Positions 28,791 through 39,925 of a stretch of DNA of 64,000 bases are shown piece after piece. The notes under the pieces were generated by a model, which worked only from the letters and a program-made list of their open reading frames with translations, was not told the DNA's origin and ran no database searches. The DNA is from Candidatus Bathyarchaeota archaeon. Lineage in GTDB: Archaea > Thermoproteota > Bathyarchaeia > Bathyarchaeales > Bathycorpusculaceae. Location of the stretch: contig CAWABA010000005.1 in assembly GCA_963780185.1 (NCBI GenBank), positions 112,964-176,963 on the forward strand. The letters are read 5' to 3'. The first letter of the stretch is position 1, and every line of letters starts with the position of its first letter. A program made the position numbers and the translations under genes.

Positions 28791-31719
28791 ATGTCGCAAT
28801 ATCAAATCATCGGCGGAAACAGCAGTGGTCCCGGCTTATGGTTTACCAGTTGGGGTTCAGTTTCAAGCTTTGGCAGCAACCTCGGCATTGGCTTAACGCC
28901 ACAAACCCAAGGTCAAATGGTGCTTAACGGTGGCAGCGGCGGATTCATATTCGCAAATTCAGGAACTACAAAAGCCTCAATAGACGGCTCCGGAAACATG
29001 ACGCCTATTGGCAGTGTACAGTTATCATCCGACTTTAGCCAAGCGGCTCTCAGTAGCCTTCAGATAATTGCGGATATTTACGGCTATGCAGGCGGCGTTT
29101 TCCTTGGCCCGACAATCACGTTACCTCACACGAATAGCTATACTGCGTTTGTCGATAGCTATAGTAGCTACCAATCAAATCTCTTTCTAGTAATGGATAC
29201 AAATGGATACCCCACTACCCCGTCAAAATGGTCGCCGCTGATCGCAACAGATCAAGGTTTCATAGTAAAAAAGGACATTCAGGTTGGTGGTGCTTTTTTT
29301 AGCAGTCAAGGTGCAGTCAATCTAGGTGGGGGGGTTCACATCTCAAATTGATTATCCTATGATTGCCCTAAATTATTACGGCGTCAACAGATTAAGTGGG
29401 AACGGTTCATACAATATCGCGGCTATTCCTCAGTATTCATCTCCGCCTTCAGGACAATCCGGTCAGGTCTATATAAATACAGGAAATAATCACCTGTATA
29501 AGTACAACAGCGGTTCTTGGCAGGACATGGGGCTGTCTTCTAACTTCAACAACAATTATGATACGCTATGGCTCAAGGGATCATCAGCTTCAACTCAGGC
29601 AACAGACTGGCCCTGGGCAAACTTGGAGCTTGAAAACTTGACTGCTCATGGAAACATTACTATTTATGGCGCTCTTACAGTGGGCTCAAACCAGTCATTG
29701 ACAGACGCTTATGGGCAGTCAAGCACGAGTTGCAAAGGGTATTTTCTGCAGTCGGACCCGACAAATGGCTATCCGAAATGGGTTTCGCAGTCGGCGACAT
29801 GGAACGGCGGTACAGTAACTACAAATATAGAAATAAATTGTGTACAACCCTACCTTGATTTGCTCTATGCAGGCTATGAAGAATGGGAAATCGGAATGAT
29901 AACATCTGGAAGCACATCGCTTCAATTTGCTTACTCAAATCACAACGTCGTTATGACTTTAGATTACTCAGGTGACTTGACGCTTGCAGGCGCATTATCT
30001 ACTACCGCCACCAACTTTCATCTTGCTCCAATATCAGGCGGCAATATTGGATTTACAAATTATGCTAAAAGCCAGTGGGGACTATATGTCACTGATGCTA
30101 CTAACCCTACAGCGCACACTATGAATAACACATTAGATGACGGCTCAGGTAACATGAGGTTTGCGGGTACTCTTAGTTTAGGTGGAACCCAAAGCAACAT
30201 CGCCTACTCAGATGGTCTAACAGCTAGCGGTTTATGGAACATAGGCGGTAATTGGTTTACAAACTATGACGCGTCTTTTTTCCAAGACATGTTCAAGTTC
30301 AACCCTCCGATGCTCGCAGAATACCAGGATAGTGGCGGCTGGCACAGTACAAGCATTCCTTTAACTTTGTTTCTCGGAGAGCAACTGGGCGGATTTAACA
30401 TTGCAAATGGCTGGCTGGGTTACCGTCTAACATGGAACAACAACATGTATTCTTTTCTCGAAGCGCTTCTCATACACTATTCAACCCAAGGCAATTCAAT
30501 GACTATGACACTGCAAACTTCCACGGACAATACCAATTGGACAACTGTAACAACGATTTCAGGAATAAACAGCTGGCCTGGCTACACAGCATACAAGAAA
30601 GGCATAATGACTTACAGCCCTAACATATACATAAGAATAATCTTCACTCCTGCATGGAACAACGGCAATGGCATAGAACTGTACAACATCAGATACATGG
30701 CAAGCTACCCATACAATTGGACTAACGAAAACTTCGCACTTTACACATGGGATGCATACAAGAATGTAACATTCGGCAACGCTATAACATCTGGCGGCGA
30801 CGTAATTATCCCTGGCTCCAACCATCTGTATTTTAACGGTGGAACCACTTGCCTAAACTACTACAGTGGCTATGGAAATAATACCATAACAACAAGTGCG
30901 GACTTTAACGTAAACGGAAACTTGTACATGGCAGGTCAAATCAGCTTCTATCCCGGCAGCGGAAAGTATGCGTACTTAATTTGGTCCAACTCTTACGTCT
31001 TGACTTTAGGTGCCAACGGCGGACCATTCTATTACGGTGTCGGACACGATGGATACACAGGGTATTTCGGCGCGCTAGACTGCGGAGCGGTTTTCACCCA
31101 GTACATCAACCCCATAGGTTCGCTCAGCACAGTCACACTAGGCGGCAACTTCACTGTTAATGGCAACATCTACTCTTGGAATGGCGGCGGTGGCGGAGGC
31201 TCTAACGGCGGCATATACCTTGACAGCTATGGGAACGTTCGCTTTGGCGGAGGCAGCGGCACTGGAGACCACAACTGGGTCACCTACTTTGGCAACACGA
31301 TTCTGATGCAAGTCTGGAACAACGGCTATCTTAGCCTGCCACAAACATTGAACGGCAGCAACGTGCCCGTGTACTGTAACAGTAGCGGTACTTTGTATAA
31401 ATCCAGCTCATCCATACGTTACAAGGAACGCATTCAACCAGTTACCGACAGCTCGTGGATTTACACTCTGAAACCAGTTACGTTTTACTGGAAACAGGAA
31501 GAGCAAGCTCTTCGAGGCATCAACCAACAGATAGGCTTAATCGCTGAGGACGTCAACACTGTGCAGCCTTTGCTTACTTACATGGATACTCAGGGAAACA
31601 TTGATGGAGTGTACTACGAAAAGCTCGCTGTGCCAATAGTTGTTGAACTGCAGAAGCTCCGGGCACGGGTTGATCAACTGGAAAGTCAGCTCAAGCAAAA
31701 ACCAGCGGCGGCAGCTTAG
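28791..31719 (+). CDS. Long tail-fibre protein with a C-terminal S74 chaperone, cassette 3 (+1 frameshift in a G7 run at 29328-29334)
   Basis: PLIATDQGFIVKKDI core; SSIRYKERI..LKPVTFYW..IGLIAEDV..YEKLAVPIVVELQKL. Confidence 0.82.
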
Positions 31720-31745
31720 GAAGATCACTTGATTCTTGGCAACCA

Positions 31746-31958
31746 ATGAAGCAGGAGGTGACTTACTTGGCACAAGACAACTTACAGGCAGCTCCTGAAG
31801 GGCAGTCGCTCATGCAGCACATCGGCCTGTTAAACGTGCGCATTAACGATATGATGTCGCAACTTAACACTGTCATGAAGGCTCTGATGGAAGAGAACGC
31901 ATCGCTGAAGAAGGAGAACGCTGACCTGAAAACTAAAAAACAAAATAGCAAGCAGTAA
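31746..31958 (+). CDS. Small coiled-coil protein, copy 3
   Basis: QHIGLLNVRINDMMSQLNTVMKALMEENASLKKEN. Confidence 0.8.
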   Translation: MKQEVTYLAQDNLQAAPEGQSLMQHIGLLNVRINDMMSQLNTVMKALMEENASLKKENADLKTKKQNSKQ

Positions 31959-32000
31959 GCAAGCGGCTTGCTAAACAACCTTTTTTTCTTTTTCTTAAAA

Positions 32001-32154
32001 TTAGAGATTTTCAACTGATATTTCAATTGGAACTGATGAGCGTCAAATTGACAAAGACGTAGACAAGTTGGATGCTTTGCTTAATGAAACAGAGACAGCA
32101 AACGCGGTTGCGGCGGATGGTGGGCAGCGACCAAGAAAGTCAGAAGGCACCTGA
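32001..32154 (+). repeat. Cassette boundary repeat, copy 3, running into TerL-B
   Basis: 27-bp linker, then GTDERQIDKDVDKLDALLNETETANAVAADGGQRPRKSEGT*, overlapping the TerL ATG. Confidence 0.9.
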
Positions 32155-33480
32155 AAAAGCGCTTCCCCGCCCAATTGTGCCTGAAGACCCCGTTGTTTTT
32201 GCCCAAGAATTTTTCGGGTTTCAGGTCTATCCTTACCAGGCTGGCCTTCTTCGGGATCGGGCTAAACGTATCGTGGTTCGGTGGAGCAGGCAAGCAGGCA
32301 AAACCACCTGCATTGCTTTGCGTGCGATTTGGTTCGCGTGCGCCTACCCGAAGACGTTGACCTTGATTGTGGCTCCCACCCTCCGCCAAAGCATGATTAT
32401 GAGCGACCGCATCCAAGACTTCCTCGGCAGCCTCCCCCAAGAAAAACGGTTGGCGCTGGTTGAGAGGATGCAGCGCACAACGATTCGTTTCCGCAACGGC
32501 AGCAAAATCGTCGCCTTACCCAACAGCCCCCAGCTGCTCCGAGGCTACACGGCGAACCAATGCATCTGCGACGAATCTGCCTTCTTCAAAGATGACAAAC
32601 TCGTCTTCTACAACGTCCTGTACCCGATGCTGAGCACCACTGACGGCGCACTATCGCGAGCAGCACGCCTTGGAGCAAAGACAGCGTTTACTACCGCATG
32701 TGCCAAGCCCCGGAGTTCAGCAAGCACACGATAACCTGCGAGGAAGTCGTCAAGGCGGGCTTAATCAAGCAGGGCTTCATCGATGAGATGCGGAGCCAGC
32801 TGCCGATTGACCGTTTTTTGCGGGAGTTCATGGCGGAGTTCGTGGAAGACATCGATGCGTGGCTAACCCAAAGCCTAATTGTGAGCTGCATCGACAGCCA
32901 ACTGGCAACCTACGATTTCCAGGCGCAACCCACGGGCGAGTTTTTCGTCGGCGTGGATTTGGGAAAGGAGCAGGATTTCAGCGTTGTGTTGGTGGTTGAG
33001 AAGTTGGGTTCCCAGTTGCGGGTTGTCCATGTTCATCGGTTCCCATTGCACTCGGAGTACGCCTCTGTCATAGGCTACGTTAAGAGCCTGCAGGACCGCT
33101 GGAGAAGTATCCGCAGCGTCTACACGGACGTGACAGGTGTCGGCAACTACATAACCGAGGACATGAGCCACAGCGGCATCCAAGGCGTAACGGGGGTTGC
33201 GTTTACGGTGCAGTCGAAGGAGGAGATGGCGACGATCCTGCGGGAAAAAATGCGCTCAGGCGAAGTCAAAATCCCCTACGTACCCGCCAAACGCCTCGAC
33301 GACGTGGATTTAACCGCGGAACTCAACGTAGAAAAGTACATGCTTATGAAGACGGGTCACCTGCGGTTCAGCCACCCCGACGGCGCCCACGACGACGTCT
33401 TCTGGGCTACGGCGCTTGCGGTGCTGTCGGCGGTGCAGTCGCCGCTGCCGGGAAAAGGAGCAGCAATGCTACCCCACTAA
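32084..33480 (+). CDS. Phage terminase large subunit (TerL-B), frameshift near 32652
   Basis: WSRQAGKTT, ICDES, SSTPW across the indel, GVDLGKEQD, TDVTGVG, HDD. Confidence 0.9.
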
Positions 33481-33504
33481 ATTAACCCCCGACTTGGTGA
33501 AACA

Positions 33505-33747
33505 ATGATAAACTTAGAAATTCCAACCATTAAAATATCTAAGAAAAAGCATAACGTTCGGTCTAAACAAGGCTCTACCGTCACTTACGAATATTCTTGG
33601 TGTGCAACCAATAATTCATATGTTTTAATGAACAACTGTAAGCGCTTCCAAATAAGAAATGGCAATGATGGGAATATGGCGAACCAGAATTCCTATAATG
33701 TTGCCGTTGTTTTTTCTAACATGGAAACGAGCCGCGATGCATGTTAG
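33505..33747 (+). CDS. Small hypothetical protein, paralog of 28405
   Basis: TVTYEYSWCATN motif. Confidence 0.6.
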   Translation: MINLEIPTIKISKKKHNVRSKQGSTVTYEYSWCATNNSYVLMNNCKRFQIRNGNDGNMANQNSYNVAVVFSNMETSRDAC

Positions 33748-33957
33748 TTAGCGTTAAGATATTTCCAGGTTTTCGATATTTCTCGCGTTTGTCCTAAAAT
33801 CATGGTAATGGATTGATAAAATATGTTTAGAAAAAAATCTTTAAACCAAGAAACTTCGAAGATGCTTTGCCCTTTCTTTGAGCGGAGCAAAATCTTCGAA
33901 CAAGAAAGTTTGCCAATGCAAAATCTACAAAACACTATATCGGTGAGGTGGTAACTG

Positions 33958-36560
33958 ATGACGATTACAAGAGTCCAAGGCAACAAAAAAGGAATAGCTG
34001 ACAATAGCAGCTCCCTCAATATCACGCTGGATGCCAACCCGATAAACGGCAACTTGCTTATAGCTGTCATCGGCACTTATGCAAGTTATCCTCCTAGCGT
34101 CAGCTCAATTTCACAATCAAACGTCTCGTGGACTCGGCAAGCTCAACGTTCCGACTCTTCGCTTCTGGGCAGAAATGTTGAAATCTGGGCTGGCGTCGTT
34201 TCCGCCAATGCTTCTTCAAGTTTAACGATCACACTTGCCAGTAGCGCTGATCCAGTCGTGGCAGACGTTTGCGAATACAGCGGTTTGGTAAGCAGCAATT
34301 TCTTGGATCAAATAGCAACAGCAGATAGCTGCTATACAACAACCCTTGCAACGGGTACCACTACAAACACTTCGAATGCCAACGAGCTTTGGATTGGAGG
34401 TATATTTAATGTATGTGACGTCTGGAACGGAAACAACGACTCATCTCCCACAAATGGATTTACGCTACTCGACGGCATTGGAAACTCTTCTAGTGGTGGA
34501 ACAAAGAAGTCTGGCCTATCTGGAAAAGATTGTCTCCACAACTGGAACTGCTTATTCAGGAGTCACTGGTGGTTCATATTCAACGTATGAAGCTTACGTT
34601 GGCTGCATTGCCACTTTTAAGGCGCCCGCAAGTGCTTCTAAGCTCGCCTTCACGGCAGGTGCTGGCCAATTGGTGGCTGCAGGCATAGTTTCCAGCGTGA
34701 TTACTGTGCAAGTGCAAGATTCAAGCGGCAATCCTGTCACGTCAGGCGCCACGGTTGGATTGTCAACCTCTTCAGCGGGCGGTACATTCTATTCCGATGC
34801 AGCGGGCAACAACCAGGTTACGTCCATTACAATCTCTTCAGGGCAGAGCGCAGGTAGCTTTTACTACAAAGACACTACCGTAGGTATGCCAACCCTTACG
34901 GCGTCTTCAACAGGCTTAACGTCGGCTGCAACCCAGTTTTCCGTCAGTCAGTGGACTGCGGGGGTTGTTACCGGCGTTTCGGGCGGTGTGAAGATTTCAA
35001 GTTCAAATGCCTTGGTGCTTGATAGTTCGTACAGCCCAACGTTTGCAGGATCTACATTGACCGGCAATACTCCAACCCTATATCTACCTAGCAACATCTG
35101 GTGACGCTTCAATCGGATTTTTTGATGCATCAACTATTAAGATGGGCTTGTGCTATTCCGCAGCCGGTGACTACCTCTATCTACGCGATCCTACCGCTCA
35201 ACAAGATCTTCTTCAAGTTAGCCAGGATGGACAGTTAAGAATTCCCGTTCCAGGGAGCTCAGGTGGACTGTTACTCGGTACAGATGCAAGCCTTTACCAA
35301 AGTGCGGTTAATACTCTGGCTACAAGCGGCAACCTGACAATTGCTGGAAATGCTACAGTTGATCACGTTTTGACTCTGCCGTGCCCAGTTAACGCTTACA
35401 TCCCTGCTTATATTCTAAATATGGGTTGGCTCTGGCACTATACGAGCGGCATATGGGATCCATCAGGCATGCCCATTGACAATACAACCAATTCATTAGT
35501 TCTACAGCATCCTACCCTTCTAGACCCTAATAACAACAATCAGCCTTACTTCGCAGACTGGACACTAGCAATGATTGATAATAGCCCCAGAACAGATTAT
35601 CCATACTGGCCTATCATGTATACGCATTCAGGCGTAATGATACAGCGTGACCTCTCAGTCGGCGGCTTCGTATGTTCAAACCAAGGAGCGTTGGCCGCAG
35701 GACACGGTTTAAAATATCAAATGGACCCACCAAAAATTTGGCTAACAGATTCAGGCACTTCGTTAGCCGATAACATATTATACGCACCCAGTGACCCCCA
35801 AAACCCAAAAGACCTTCAACTATACATCTGCAATACTGACCAGAATCCTTCCCGTCAACTTTACCACATTTATCAATACAGTGTGACTTTGGGCAGTTGG
35901 AGTGACCTTGGACCAATGAGTCAATTCCAAAGTCAATACTTCGACACATTGTACATACAAAAAGCCAATTGTAAATCAGCAGGAAACTTGAACGTAGCAA
36001 ACATTACAATGGACGGTTACTCACGGATAACCTGGAATACGCCTTCAAATACGGATTGGTATGATATTGGTAGTATACGTTTCAACAATACTTCAAACAG
36101 CTTAGGTATGGAATTCAAAGGAACCGTGCACGACTTTGATCTTGGTAGCCCCCCAGATCAGACCCTTTATCCAGTGTTGCAGATGAATTTTCTCGATCCA
36201 AGTCTCAATAATGGTTACACCACCACGCATGAGTTCGACATGAATGGTAACATGCGTATCTGGGGCAATTTGTATTATGCCGGAAGTTTAGTTCCCTTTG
36301 ACTCTATTGACGATTTTGCCGCATTAAGAACAATAAAAACAAAAATCGATGGAAATGGAAAGCCAATTCATGACCCTGCGACGCTGAAATTTCTCCAAGA
36401 TGACAAGGGGCTTTTCTCATTGGGCGCATGTGTAGGCTGGGAATTGAGCATTGAGCAGAAGCTCCTTAGCGAAATTGACAGCCTCAAGGTAGAAGTCGCT
36501 GATTTGCAGTCTCAACTCAACGCCTTAAAGACAAGCAATCAAAAGGGTGCGGTGAATTGA
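33958..36560 (+). CDS. Tail-fibre/adhesin-like protein, cassette 4 (frameshifts near 34505 and 35090)
   Basis: Ser/Thr-rich beta domain, Ig/invasin-like ITVQVQDSSGNPV, fibre core PIMYTHSGVMIQRDLSVGG..PPKIWLT..FDTLYI, C-terminal coiled coil. Confidence 0.68.
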
Positions 36561-36561
36561 T

Positions 36562-36744
36562 TTGTCAAAGGAACAAAACGAAGCTTCTCCAGTCATGCAG
36601 CAAATCGGCATGCTAAACCTGCGCATCAACGACATGATGACACAACTAAACGCTGTTATGAAAGCATTGATGGATGAGAACGCTGCTTTAAAAAAAGAGA
36701 ACGCTGACCTAAAAGCTCAACAAGAGAAAACAACTAAGGCCTAA
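36562..36744 (+). CDS. Small coiled-coil protein, copy 4
   Basis: QQIGMLNLRINDMMTQLNAVMKALMDENAALKKEN. Confidence 0.8.
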   Translation: MSKEQNEASPVMQQIGMLNLRINDMMTQLNAVMKALMDENAALKKENADLKAQQEKTTKA

Positions 36745-36910
36745 ATAGCTTGCAATTCCCTCCTTTTTTACGTTATATCTTTTTTAATGAATCCTGTTCT
36801 AAGACGATTTCTGTCCTCTCTTGCATTTTAAATTCATCACAAGAGAAGAACTCTGCAGTTCAAAGCTTTTCCAAGAAAATACATTTACCCAATTCAAGTC
36901 ATCGATTGTT

Positions 36911-36948
36911 AGTCAAAAACATTGACTTTATTCAGTCAAGAAACTTTT
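36911..36948. repeat. Copy 3 of the AGTCAA/TTGACT element
   Basis: AGTCAA-AAACA-TTGACT-TTATTC-AGTCAA-GAAACTTT. Confidence 0.8.
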
Positions 36949-36988
36949 ATGAAAAGCCTTTTATCCCCAATAACCGCTCAAGTAATGT

Positions 36989-37690
36989 ATGGGCAGAATT
37001 AGCAAAAGCTACTCATTGATTCTTATTGTTTGCTTACTCGTCTCAAGTTTAATAATGATCAAATTGGCATTTGCCACATCAATAACCAAGCCATCAGTTC
37101 CGCAGTTCACCCTCAAGGTTATTGGTGTATCAGAGGTACAAATCACAATTCAAAATCAACCCTTAGTCTTAACTATGAACAATGAATCGCTATACTATAA
37201 TGTTAGAATCAAAGCACATAGCGAAGAGAACTGGACTGAGCAGTACGCTTATAATTCTTTAGACGACTCTACTTCAAAAGGTACTATTCCGTCGCAGTCA
37301 AATTCCCAATACACACTATTAAATTGTTCAGTAATTAGTTACCCTGAAAATACTCAAGTAGATTTTCAAGTAGAAGCTATGTATGGGGTTTATTCTGTAC
37401 AAGAGCCTGCAAGCAAGGATCCTTTTGTTCCGGCATTTACCGAATTTAGCATTCTTGCAGATGGAGAAAGCGGCTGGAGCAATACTCAGACAATAAGTAT
37501 ACTCGTCAAAGTTTCCTTAAGCCCAACACCCACATGCATCTCGCCTACTTCCACGCCGACTTTAACGTCTATTTCCAATTCCGAGCTTTTACTAACAACC
37601 ACTATAACTCTTGTAGTTATTGCATTATTGCTGGCTGTGATTACTGTGCTATTAATTCTTCTTATGAGGAAACGAAAAACCATTATTTAA
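36989..37690 (+). CDS. Secreted SVPEFT-family protein with a C-terminal TM
   Basis: PSVPQFTLK, YYNVRIKAH..W, QVDFQVEA, ESGWSNTQTI, TM followed by RKRK. Confidence 0.75.
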   Translation: MGRISKSYSLILIVCLLVSSLIMIKLAFATSITKPSVPQFTLKVIGVSEVQITIQNQPLVLTMNNESLYYNVRIKAHSEENWTEQYAYNSLDDSTSKGTIPSQSNSQYTLLNCSVISYPENTQVDFQVEAMYGVYSVQEPASKDPFVPAFTEFSILADGESGWSNTQTISILVKVSLSPTPTCISPTSTPTLTSISNSELLLTTTITLVVIALLLAVITVLLILLMRKRKTII

Positions 37691-37742
37691 AAGCAGACCT
37701 TTTCGCACGATTGAGTGTATAGTTGCTCAAGTCACAGTTCTT

Positions 37743-37781
37743 AGTTAAGAAACATTGACTTTATTTAGTCAATAAACTTTC
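37743..37781. repeat. Copy 4 of the AGTCAA/TTGACT element
   Basis: AGTTAA-GAAACA-TTGACT-TTATTT-AGTCAA-TAAACTTT. Confidence 0.8.
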
Positions 37782-37831
37782 AACGCAAAGCCTGCATTTC
37801 CAAAATTATCGGTAACTGGGTGTATTTCGAT

Positions 37832-38032
37832 ATGAGTTTTGTCGGTAAAAAAATCAGCGGAAGCTTCCAAAAACTTCAAGCAAGGCTTGGTTTTAAAGCG
37901 GAGAGGCAGGTGCCGCCTGACGTTGCCAAGCGTCAGGTCGAGGAGGAGGTACCTTTTAGCTGGCGCAAGGACGAGATGCTTAATCTGCCACTACTACCCC
38001 GCCTACGACCTTCAAAAAGCCGGTCAGCTTAG
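37832..38032 (+). pseudogene. Truncated viral gene fragment, possibly the N-terminus of the portal protein
   Basis: MSFVGKKISGSFQKLQARLGFKAERQVPP..EEEVPFSWRKDEML then degenerates; lies between TerL and the tail genes; identity from recollection only. Confidence 0.3.
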
Positions 38033-38121
38033 TCGTCTTCAAATCCAGCTATTGTTAGAAGGCATAAAGTTAATTCGGAAAATTGAAAAATAAAACATCT
38101 GTAAAAACAGGAAATTTAGTT

Positions 38122-38499
38122 TCAGCTCACAGCCTTCTTTACGAGAGCTGATATCTTCGCCTCATCAGCGGCAGTCAACTCTTTCACCGCAAATGACGTT
38201 GGCCACATGGTACCTTCGTCAAGATGCGCCTCGTGCATGAAGCCGAATGTCGCGTATCTCGTCTTAAATTTTTCTGTGCTTTGGAAGAAACAGACGATCT
38301 TGCCATCCTTGGCGTAAGCGGGCATCCCGTACCAGAGTCTCGGATTAAGCGCCGGTGCACTGGCTTTGATGATAACATGGAGCCTCTCAGCTATAGCGCG
38401 ATCCGATCCCTGCATTGCGGCGATGTTCGCGAGTACGGCGCTTTCATCATCCGCCTTCTTTGCCTCCTGCTTGGTTGTCTTTTTGTCCTCGTCAATCAT
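38122..38499 (-). CDS. DUF1801/YdhG-like protein
   Basis: [39 protein letters not shown]. Confidence 0.85.
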   Translation of the reverse strand: MIDEDKKTTKQEAKKADDESAVLANIAAMQGSDRAIAERLHVIIKASAPALNPRLWYGMPAYAKDGKIVCFFQSTEKFKTRYATFGFMHEAHLDEGTMWPTSFAVKELTAADEAKISALVKKAVS

Positions 38500-38558
38500 A
38501 CAATTAACTCACATTTTGAACTTTATATATTTTTAAAAACCCCTATGGAAGTCGCGTT

Positions 38559-39925
38559 ATGAGTGCTAATGTTGAGTTTAATATTACAGCGTTTGACCAG
38601 GCGTCAAGCGTCTTCGAAGATGTCGGCAGCAGCGCCACTGAATGTTTCACAACCGTTGAGTCGGGGGCGTCGCAGGCAGCGGAGAGCGTAGGCTCTTCAA
38701 GTACCCAAATCACGTCGGCTGCAGAATCCAGCAGCGGAGGGTTCACAAAGAACGCGTTAGCCATGAATACCGCTGCGCTTTCAGCCGCGGGACTGGCTAT
38801 GGGAATCAGCGGCATAGAGAACGCTGAGGTTACACTTGACCGCGCCCACGTGACTGTTGAGAAAGACACCAACGCCGTCACATCCGCCCAGAACGCCTAC
38901 AACAAAGCCGTCGCAGAATATGGTCCAAATAGCAAGGAGGCTCAAGACGCAGCTGACAAGTTGAAGGCAGCCCAAGACGCGTTATCTGTTGCACAAGAAA
39001 GAGTCAGTGAAGCCCAACGCAACATGAACAACACCATCGTGATGAGTTCGCTGCAAATCATCCCAGGCGTAATCGGCGCCTTCACCAGCCTCAACATGGT
39101 TTTCTCAACCTACCCCGCGCTTGCAGGTGCCGTAACAGCTGCCACAGGGGCAGTCAGCACAGCCATGGATTTCTTAGCAGCCAACCCAATAATCCTCGTA
39201 GTCGCCGGCGTAGCCGCCCTTGCAGTTGGACTCTACGAAGCCTACGAGTACTGTACCCCCTTCCGTGAGGCAATCAACGCGGTCGGCGGCGTGCTTGGAG
39301 GCGCTTTCAAAGCCGCGTTAACCGCAGTTTCAGACGCTCTTCACTTCCTATGGAATGACGTTTTCAAGCCGTTCGGGGAGTTTCTAGCGGCAGTTTTCGT
39401 GAGGCTTATTTGAAGCCGCTGGAGGCTGCTTGGAGCCTTTTAGGGGCGGGGCTTGGCGCTCTTTGGCATGGATTTCTTGAGCCTGTCGCGGAGTTTTTCA
39501 AAGGGGTTTTCGCTGAAGCATTCACCTTCGTTATGGCTCCCATCGAGGCTTTTGAGTCGGCGATAAGCAAGGTCGCAAACGCCGTGAAGCCTCTAACCGA
39601 CATCGTCGGCGGACTCAGCAACGCACTCAAAAACTTGTGCTTCGCGCATGCGGCTCCGGCGGCTGAAGAATTCAACAGGCAGGTTTCCAGCAGCATCGAG
39701 CTTTCGAACAGTTTGACTCAGAAGCTGGATCCTTTGAAGCAGGGGTTGTTGGGTGTTTCAGGCAGCGCTGGAAGTGCAAGCGTGAATGGTTTAAACAGCG
39801 GAACACAGCACATCACGGTTAACCCAACAATTAACATTGGCAAGATCGACAGGACAACAGGTCTGGGGGACGTGATTAACGCGGTCAATCAGGGTACGGC
39901 TCAAGCGTTGTCGAGGCGGTTCTGA
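38559..39925 (+). CDS. Tape-measure-like tail protein (frameshift near 39410)
   Basis: FNITAFDQAS N-terminus, Ala-rich helices, AANPIILVVAGVAAL..Y..C.PFREAIN, W/F-periodic repeats, ITVNPTINI C-terminus. Confidence 0.75.

Noticed and set aside
23180-32027. CRISPR array built from the identical 27-bp repeats
   Set aside because: The copies are 4-5 kb apart, are part of longer duplications, and no cas genes are present.
17729-36744. Diversity-generating retroelement or invertase shufflon acting on the fibres
   Set aside because: No reverse transcriptase or recombinase, no TR/VR pair with adenine-specific mismatches seen, and all cassettes are in the same orientation.
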